DNA of 64,000 bases from a virus: positions 123,123 to 187,122 of the IMG/VR virus record IMGVR_UViG_3300025137_000014, one strand, 5' to 3'. The position numbers and the translations under genes are program-made. The notes beneath the pieces were generated by a model. It was not told where the DNA came from. It made no database searches and saw only the letters and a list, made by a program, of their open reading frames with translations. Shown one piece after another: positions 57,786 to 64,000 of this stretch. Position 1 is the first letter of the stretch. Every line of letters begins with the position of its first letter.

Positions 57786-59228
57786 ATGGACAGTAAAACT
57801 TTCTGCATTGCACCATGGCACGATGTTCATATTATAACAGACGGGACATTTAAAGGATGTTGCGTTATGAACCATGGCGAAGTGGGAGGTAGACTACTGA
57901 CTAACGGTGTTGTTCATACAGTATCAGACAGCGGTGTTAACGGTGCTATGAATTCTGATACAAGTAAAGAACTAAGATTAGATATGCTACAAGGCAAATG
58001 GCATACTAATTGTACAAGATGCAAAAATGAAGAATCATCTGGCATGCGTAGTATGAGACAATTATACGGCGACAGATGGCAAGACTTCACACAAGTTGAA
58101 GCAGAGAAAATTACTAATAAAGAAACTGGTGAAATACCAGCAGACCATAAACCTTTCTATTATGACATTCAGTTAGGTAATCTATGTAATCTTAAATGTA
58201 GAATATGTAATCCATTAGTTAGTTCAGCTTGGATACCTGATTATATGAAAATGATGAGATTAGGTAATAAAGCAAAGATTAAAGTAAGAGGTGGTAAAAA
58301 ACCATTCTCTATTGATATTGAACATATCAAAGGTAAAAAGTATGATATCTCACCTAACCCATTTGCATGGGCAGAATCAGATGAGTTTTGGGAACAAATG
58401 TCTTCTATCAAAGGAGAAATTGACCATCTATATTTGATTGGTGGTGAACCAATGATGATACATCGGCACTTTAAGTTTTTGGAAGAATGTGTTGAGAGTG
58501 GTGATGCAAGTCATATTACATTACAGTATGATACTAACTTAACAAATATCCCTGAAAAAGTTATGGGATATTGGTCTCATTTCAAATCTTTAATGATTGG
58601 TTTTAGTATTGACGGTATGGGCCCAGAGTTAGAATATATGAGACACCCTGTGAAGTGGCCACATATTCTTAAGAATATAAACAGAGTAGAAGAATTTGCA
58701 AAGAACAATGATAATGTCAAGCTAAATGATTCTATTACAATTAGTACATATAATGTACTGCATATACTTGACTTCATTGAATGGAAAGTAAAAGCAGGAA
58801 AAAACGATTATAATTATCTATGGCAATGGCATGATGAGAACTTTTGTGCCCATCCATTACATGGTCCTGATTTTCTATGTGTTAAAACAATGCCTCTAAG
58901 TGCTAAGAAGTATGTAACGCAGAGATATTATGAATGGCGTGATAAGATGATAGAATGGTGTGACAGTATTGACGAGTATTCAGGAAAACGTAAACCAGAA
59001 GATATCAAACAAGCTATAATCAAATTTGTTGATAGATGGGTAGAGTTCATCAATCAAGAAAATTGGTCACATAGAGTATGGAAATTTTGGGAATATACAA
59101 ACGATTTAGATACTGTTCGAGGTGAGAACTTCACAGAAATATTCCCTGAACTTGCTAAGATTATGAACGATTATCCAAAGAAACCTCATTGGTTTCATAT
59201 CCCTACAAATACATATAAAACAGAATAA
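57786..59228 (+). CDS. Radical SAM protein with N-terminal SPASM/twitch-like Cys cluster
   Basis: CIAPW..CC..C..C; CNLKCRIC; GGEP. Confidence 0.88.
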   Translation: MDSKTFCIAPWHDVHIITDGTFKGCCVMNHGEVGGRLLTNGVVHTVSDSGVNGAMNSDTSKELRLDMLQGKWHTNCTRCKNEESSGMRSMRQLYGDRWQDFTQVEAEKITNKETGEIPADHKPFYYDIQLGNLCNLKCRICNPLVSSAWIPDYMKMMRLGNKAKIKVRGGKKPFSIDIEHIKGKKYDISPNPFAWAESDEFWEQMSSIKGEIDHLYLIGGEPMMIHRHFKFLEECVESGDASHITLQYDTNLTNIPEKVMGYWSHFKSLMIGFSIDGMGPELEYMRHPVKWPHILKNINRVEEFAKNNDNVKLNDSITISTYNVLHILDFIEWKVKAGKNDYNYLWQWHDENFCAHPLHGPDFLCVKTMPLSAKKYVTQRYYEWRDKMIEWCDSIDEYSGKRKPEDIKQAIIKFVDRWVEFINQENWSHRVWKFWEYTNDLDTVRGENFTEIFPELAKIMNDYPKKPHWFHIPTNTYKTE

Positions 59229-59277
59229 GAGAAATACTGATAAATAGTCGTAGTTATCTATTAAGGAGAAAACGACT

Positions 59278-60288
59278 ATGATGATTTTTTTAGTAAAATA
59301 TTTTATAAAATGGGTTATCCAAGGTTGGATCCTTGCCAGATTGGCAAAAAGAGTTAGAAAGTACCTTGTAAAAAAATACGATTTAGAAAGTAAATTCAAA
59401 GAAACTTGTGTAAACAAGAAAGAAATTGATTGGACTAAGATTAAATGGTACGCTGAACTAGCCGGTTATATTTACAAAGATAACGAAAGTATTCAGAAAA
59501 AGTACAAGAATCTCGACAAGAAAATCTACATAAACGAGATTAACGAAATCAAGTACTGCATTATTAAAGACACTCATAGACAATCATATTACGTATCAAT
59601 AAGAGGTACAAAGAATTCACATAATGCAATGCAAGATATTAACTTTTTCAAAGATAAAAGTTTTAGATTAGGTATAGATTTACATACAGGGTTTCATAGA
59701 ACTGCCGAAATGATAGCAGATGATATTATGGGTAGATTAGATAAAACTTGGGATGTAACTGTAACTGGTCACAGTTTAGGTGGTGCAGAAGCAGTAATCG
59801 TAAGTTGGTACTTAGATTATGCAGGGTTTAAAGTTTCTGAATGTATTACATACGGACAACCTAAAGTAACAGATTCACATGGGACAAGAGCAATGAGAGG
59901 TAAGATTAAACTTACCCGTGTTGTAAATGAAACTGATATAGTATCATTAGTCCCACCAACAGGTACACACAGACATAGATATGCTCATAGTGGTACCTTA
60001 ATTAAATTGCTAGACAATGGCAAGTATTGTCATTTAGAAGAACCAGATAGTTTAAACTTTGGGGTAAATAGTTTCTGGTTATTTGCGGCAAGAGAAGATT
60101 TCTCATTTTGGGAAGTAGGCAAAGAACTGCCTGACCATTACATGACAAGCTACATTGACAACATTACTAAGATAGTCAACAATGGCGAAGAGGTCCTATG
60201 GAATAAAAGATTGGATTACATTGAAGATAGTGGCATGTTAGGTGAATGGGTAAAAAGCGATAAGAAGAAAGGTAAGGGTAAAAAATAG
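59278..60288 (+). CDS. Class 3 lipase
   Basis: SIRGT, TGHSLGG, NETDIV, DHYM; hydrophobic N-terminus. Confidence 0.9.
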   Translation: MMIFLVKYFIKWVIQGWILARLAKRVRKYLVKKYDLESKFKETCVNKKEIDWTKIKWYAELAGYIYKDNESIQKKYKNLDKKIYINEINEIKYCIIKDTHRQSYYVSIRGTKNSHNAMQDINFFKDKSFRLGIDLHTGFHRTAEMIADDIMGRLDKTWDVTVTGHSLGGAEAVIVSWYLDYAGFKVSECITYGQPKVTDSHGTRAMRGKIKLTRVVNETDIVSLVPPTGTHRHRYAHSGTLIKLLDNGKYCHLEEPDSLNFGVNSFWLFAAREDFSFWEVGKELPDHYMTSYIDNITKIVNNGEEVLWNKRLDYIEDSGMLGEWVKSDKKKGKGKK

Positions 60289-60525
60289 ATGGAAGATAAA
60301 TTAATCGACATTGACCATTTAGACAAAGCAGAAGCAAACTGGTTCACACATTTTTATAAGGCGATGTATTTTAATGGTGTTGGTTTGTTAATGGTAATAA
60401 CAGGTATCATTCATGCTTTCTTCCCACAGTTTTTTGGATTTCTTCCATATAAATTGGCGAAGAAAATAACAGATGGGACTGAAAAAGCATTTCCCGGCTG
60501 TTTAAAAGATACCAATAAAAAGTAA
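60289..60525 (+). CDS. Small membrane protein (DUF6356-like by recollection)
   Basis: HL......WFTHF...IHAFFP. Confidence 0.55.
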   Translation: MEDKLIDIDHLDKAEANWFTHFYKAMYFNGVGLLMVITGIIHAFFPQFFGFLPYKLAKKITDGTEKAFPGCLKDTNKK

Positions 60526-60537
60526 TAGGAGAGGACT

Positions 60538-60978
60538 ATGTACGAATACCGATGTAAAGTACTAAGAATAGTAGACGGAGACACAGTAGACGTTGATATT
60601 GACTTAGGATTTGGTGTATGGATGCACCGAGAAAGAGTAAGGATCATGGGTATTGATACTCCTGAATCCAGAACAAGAGATTTAACTGAAAAGAAATTTG
60701 GACTTGCGGCGAAAGAGTTTGTAAGATTTCTAATGCCAGTTGGATCTAGTCAAATCATTATAACACAAAAAGACAAGACAGGTAAATTTGGTAGAATTTT
60801 AGGAGACTTTAAAATCTGGGATAAAGATAAAGATGACTACGTAACATTTACTACGGTTATGTTAGATAATCATCATGCAGTCCCATATGAAGGTCAATCA
60901 AAAGATGCCATACAAGAAGCACACTTGAAAAATAGAGAATGGCTAATAGAAGCAGGCCAAGTAAAGTTGGAGGACTAG
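60538..60978 (+). CDS. Thermonuclease (SNase-like)
   Basis: IVDGDTV, RIMGIDTPES, GKFGRILG. Confidence 0.9.
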   Translation: MYEYRCKVLRIVDGDTVDVDIDLGFGVWMHRERVRIMGIDTPESRTRDLTEKKFGLAAKEFVRFLMPVGSSQIIITQKDKTGKFGRILGDFKIWDKDKDDYVTFTTVMLDNHHAVPYEGQSKDAIQEAHLKNREWLIEAGQVKLED

Positions 60979-60983
60979 TAAAA

Positions 60984-61814
60984 ATGGCTTTTAAGTTTAA
61001 TTTCACTGTAGAACATGTAGCAGAGTTGCTACCACGTATAGATGCTAATGAATGGCATGATGCAATGACTAGGGTTTTACCTAGATGGGATATTGATACC
61101 GTTGATAGAGTAGCAGGTTTTATTGCTCAAACGGCTCATGAGTCCGCAGGTTATACTGTTCTATCTGAAAATCTAAATTATAGTGCAGACGCACTAGATA
61201 AGATTTTTCCGAAATACTTTAAACGTGCAGGAAGAAATGCACAAGAATATCATAGACAACCAGAAAAGATTGCTAACGTAATCTATGCAAGTCGTATGGA
61301 TAACGGCAACACTTCTAGTGGTGACGGTTGGAGATTTAGAGGTGGAGGTATTCTACAACTAACAGGTCGTCACAATTATACAAAGTTTGGTGAGTCAGAA
61401 AGAAGAACTGCCGAAGATTGTACAGATTTTGTTCGTACACCTATTGGTGCATTAGCAAGTGCATGTTGGTTCTGGGATACTAATAAGATTAATCGTTATT
61501 GCGATAATCAAGATATCGTTGGAATGACGAAACGTATCAATGGTGGAACTATAGGACTAGAAGACCGTAAGAAACATTATACACATGCAATAGAAGTTTT
61601 AGGTGGACACTATAATCCAAAAGAGATACTTGAAACTGTGCGTAAAGGTAGTAAAGGAAGTACTGTTGCAAAAATGCAAAAAGCCCTTGGTATCAGTGCA
61701 GATGGAGATTTCGGTCCCGGAACAGAAGCTAAACTGCAAGAATGGCAAAGAGCAAATGGCTTAGTAGCTGATGGCATTGCAGGCCCAAATACTTTAGCTA
61801 AACTGTTAGGTTAG
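60984..61814 (+). CDS. Endolysin: GH19 chitinase-like domain plus C-terminal peptidoglycan-binding domain
   Basis: QTAHES, ENLNYS, FRGGGILQLTGR.NY, RINGG; DGDFGPGT...DGIAGPNT. Confidence 0.92.
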   Translation: MAFKFNFTVEHVAELLPRIDANEWHDAMTRVLPRWDIDTVDRVAGFIAQTAHESAGYTVLSENLNYSADALDKIFPKYFKRAGRNAQEYHRQPEKIANVIYASRMDNGNTSSGDGWRFRGGGILQLTGRHNYTKFGESERRTAEDCTDFVRTPIGALASACWFWDTNKINRYCDNQDIVGMTKRINGGTIGLEDRKKHYTHAIEVLGGHYNPKEILETVRKGSKGSTVAKMQKALGISADGDFGPGTEAKLQEWQRANGLVADGIAGPNTLAKLLG

Positions 61815-61912
61815 TGAACCCACAACTTATTACAGTTTACCTCATGATAGGTATTTGTATATTATTACACTTTGTTGTGATACCAATATGGATGTGGAAT
61901 TTAGGATTATAA
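61814..61912 (+). CDS. 32-aa single-TM peptide
   Basis: GTG start overlapping the endolysin stop; MNPQLITVYLMIGICILLHFVVIPIWMWNLGL. Confidence 0.5.
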   Translation: MNPQLITVYLMIGICILLHFVVIPIWMWNLGL

Positions 61913-61918
61913 AAGAAT

Positions 61919-61943
61919 AAAGGGAGCGTTGCTCCCTTTTTTA
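61919..61943. terminator. Bidirectional terminator
   Basis: AAAGGGAGC-GTT-GCTCCCTTTTT between convergent units. Confidence 0.85.
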
Positions 61944-62078
61944 CTTACCCTGTCCTCTATATTTCTTAAAGGATCTTTTCTTGTGTTTGTTATTAGGTCG
62001 AGACCTAGTAGAATTACCTATAGATGTTCTTTTCTTAGGTCCTCTTTCATGTGCAGTAGCACTAGCATTATATCTCAT
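61941..62078 (-). CDS. 45-aa basic peptide ending KKYRGQGK
   Basis: Hand-translated; AAGGA RBS. Confidence 0.7.
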   Translation of the reverse strand: MRYNASATAHERGPKKRTSIGNSTRSRPNNKHKKRSFKKYRGQGK

Positions 62079-62100
62079 AGTTCCTTTTAGTTAAGTATGA

Positions 62101-62517
62101 TTACCACTTTCTACATGACCAATATCTTGCTTTTGTTTTTGGTCCTGGGTTATCACAATTATGTCTTGCCCTAAAAGATTTTCTTCTAGCAGGATTAGAC
62201 TTTTTAATACGCATGTTAGGATCGCCAAAGTTTACTTTAACTACGTTACCTTTATCATTCTTAACGTACACTTTAAACTTTTTAACATCACCTTGCATTG
62301 GTTTATTTAATTTTACGGTTCTTCCTTGATACTCAGCTTCAAACATATCTGTCTCATCTTCTGAGAACCCAAGATAGCCATATTCTTCATGAAAGTCTTG
62401 TTCATCTTCTAGTACAACTTCATTCGTAACAGTTTCACTATTAATAGTTTCTTCATCACGAATTGCATCAACTATAGAATCACGCAATCTTTTCATTTCA
62501 TTAGATAATTGACTCAT
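62101..62517 (-). CDS. Conserved phage protein (DUF6321-like by recollection)
   Basis: VNFGDPNM..RRKSFRARHNC....KARYWSCRKW after an acidic N-terminus. Confidence 0.7.
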   Translation of the reverse strand: MSQLSNEMKRLRDSIVDAIRDEETINSETVTNEVVLEDEQDFHEEYGYLGFSEDETDMFEAEYQGRTVKLNKPMQGDVKKFKVYVKNDKGNVVKVNFGDPNMRIKKSNPARRKSFRARHNCDNPGPKTKARYWSCRKW

Positions 62518-62714
62518 TTCTTTTTTCCTTTGTTAGTGCATTCTGAACATCTACAGTGTTCGCATATTTTTACTTCTCTGTATTCACCACCGTCACACGC
62601 ATAGTCTTTAAATGTTGCGTACTTGCCTGTACCACAATGTGATGAATGTCCACAATTTTGACAATGAACTTGCGAAGTCTTTGTTGACATCGGTTCTATC
62701 ATCATTTCTGGCAT
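62514..62714 (-). CDS. Small Cys-rich Zn-finger-like protein
   Basis: CQNCGHSSHC...CEHCRCSEC. Confidence 0.65.
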   Translation of the reverse strand: MPEMMIEPMSTKTSQVHCQNCGHSSHCGTGKYATFKDYACDGGEYREVKICEHCRCSECTNKGKKK

Positions 62715-62911
62715 TATTTACTTCCTATATATCCTGCTATGATACCGATTAGTCCGGTAAGTGCCATCTTCATAAGAGTGATTACACTTTCATCTACAGG
62801 TCTATTTTCTTGTAGTGCTACATAATAGTCACCAATTATTATAACTCCTAGTAATGATAATACTCCTACTACTAGCATCATAATAATTAAATCTTTTAAA
62901 TTTTTAATCAT
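62714..62911 (-). CDS. Small two-TM protein
   Basis: 65 aa, two hydrophobic helices. Confidence 0.65.
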   Translation of the reverse strand: MIKNLKDLIIMMLVVGVLSLLGVIIIGDYYVALQENRPVDESVITLMKMALTGLIGIIAGYIGSK

Positions 62912-63044
62912 TTGCTTTTAATCCTCTTAGATATTTGTACTCATATCTAGTATCACCTTGCATGTATCTTTGCCATGCTGGAGTGTTTAATCTTTTGTCT
63001 GCTTCTGTAACTTGCATTTTAGTAATTTTTTTATTCTTATTCAT
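62904..63044 (-). CDS. 46-aa hypothetical protein
   Basis: Hand-translated MNKNKKITKMQVTEADKRLNTPAWQRY...; fills the gap in the operon. Confidence 0.6.
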   Translation of the reverse strand: MNKNKKITKMQVTEADKRLNTPAWQRYMQGDTRYEYKYLRGLKAND

Positions 63045-63045
63045 A

Positions 63046-63450
63046 TTATTTCTTTGGACGATTGCTTACGTTTTTTGCTTTACCCTTACGGTTTGCATTT
63101 GGATCATTTGCTTTTTTACGTTTAACTGCATTGGCTACTGCTTTCTTGCCACCACTACTTCTTAGACTTGCGGCTTTTGATTTAGATAGACATTTAGGTT
63201 TACCTTCACCTTTATCACTATCACCACATTTGCCTACACGTTCGCCTTTAGTATTGTAACGGTCCCAACCGCCACCACCTGCGCCACCTTTTTTGCCTTT
63301 ACCAAACCAAGCACGTAAATCTTCATCTAACACTGATTCAACTTTACGACAGTCCGGAACTGTTTTACCAAACATTTTCTTTGTGCCGTGCTTCTTATAG
63401 CCTTTCCAACACTTCTCAAAAAGTTTACTATCTATTTCTGCGATTTTCAT
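63046..63450 (-). CDS. Basic phage protein
   Basis: EKCWKGYKK..GKTVPDC; EDLRAWF..GGWDRYN..KPKCL. Confidence 0.7.
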   Translation of the reverse strand: MKIAEIDSKLFEKCWKGYKKHGTKKMFGKTVPDCRKVESVLDEDLRAWFGKGKKGGAGGGGWDRYNTKGERVGKCGDSDKGEGKPKCLSKSKAASLRSSGGKKAVANAVKRKKANDPNANRKGKAKNVSNRPKK

Positions 63451-63983
63451 TTATCTGAATTGCCCCAATTTTTAGCACCGACTTTACGACACTTTACTAA
63501 GGCACCTGATGCATAAGCACTAGGCCAAACTTTATATCTGCTTTTGACTTTATGATAACAAGCATCTTTTTCACCAGCGGCTTCATCGAATTGTTGTTCG
63601 GTTAATGCTTCTAATCCTTCATTTACCTTACCAGTGTCATCGCCTACTTTTTTGCTTGGAGAATTCATTAGTTGTCCGCCTTTTTCTTTAGCAAGTCTAC
63701 GCATATTTTTCTTATTACCTTTAGCAATATACTTACCATCTACAACAACACCGTATGTTGTGTCTTTGGGAATAACTTCATCAATTTTGCCTTCGTCCAT
63801 ACTATACTGTGAGAACATTGCAAGTATATCATCTTCGTTTGCTCTTAACCATTTTCCGTGGTCATCACCATGCATACTATACAAGTGACTAAATGCATCA
63901 TTTTTAGTGTAGTCATGTCTAATAGCATCGGTGGCAGTTTGTAGCATGTTTGAATCTGGCCAATCAATACTATCAAGTGGCAT
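63447..63983 (-). CDS. Phage protein with basic C-terminal domain
   Basis: EKDACYHKVKSRYKVWPSAYASGALVKCRK. Confidence 0.65.
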   Translation of the reverse strand: MPLDSIDWPDSNMLQTATDAIRHDYTKNDAFSHLYSMHGDDHGKWLRANEDDILAMFSQYSMDEGKIDEVIPKDTTYGVVVDGKYIAKGNKKNMRRLAKEKGGQLMNSPSKKVGDDTGKVNEGLEALTEQQFDEAAGEKDACYHKVKSRYKVWPSAYASGALVKCRKVGAKNWGNSDK

Positions 63984-64000
63984 TGTTCTTACTTCATTTA

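Noticed and set aside
801-63888. Many 60-200 aa ORFs in the track antisense to or overlapping clear genes (e.g. 1361..1690, 11351..11836, 16394..16924, 41194..41673, 45738..46337, 62935..63165)
   Set aside because: Shadow frames of well-supported genes; no RBS or motifs; Ser/Phe/Leu-rich composition typical of reverse-complement codons
1-64000. tRNA genes, rRNA, introns/inteins, IS elements, integrase
   Set aside because: No cloverleaf with a canonical T-loop other than the tmRNA; helicase, primase and clpX lengths leave no room for inteins; no transposase or integrase motifs seen

Overview
A 64-kb segment of a large, AT-rich tailed-phage genome (T4-like/jumbo myovirus type, Caudoviricetes), most likely aquatic. 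Evidence: primase, DnaB/gp41-type helicase, PAAR spike tip, GH19 endolysin, dense gene packing and recurrent (G/T)ATAAATA late-promoter motifs. A permuted two-piece tmRNA with the GGCAGUAC T-loop points to an alphaproteobacterial host. The window is unusually rich in host-like auxiliary genes. (i) Translation and proteostasis: two-piece tmRNA, ClpX, ClpP, ClpS, IF3, bS21, peptide deformylase, Hsp20 and an anticodon-less class II aaRS-like protein. (ii) Lipid modification: ACP, desaturase, thioesterase, lipase, radical SAM and 2OG oxygenases. (iii) A TctC/TctA transporter operon with APS-kinase-like, HxGH nucleotidyltransferase and sulfotransferase-like genes. (iv) Phosphate and iron genes, plus glycan-modifying enzymes. 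Non-coding highlights are an unannotated structured RNA at about 39408-39719 (own sigma70 promoter, repeated UACC loops, 3' pseudoknot), a riboswitch-like three-way junction upstream of a PiT-like transporter, a structured leader over a cassette of four small proteins, and apparently leaderless mRNAs for the replication genes. All family assignments come from motif recognition by eye; no database search was run.
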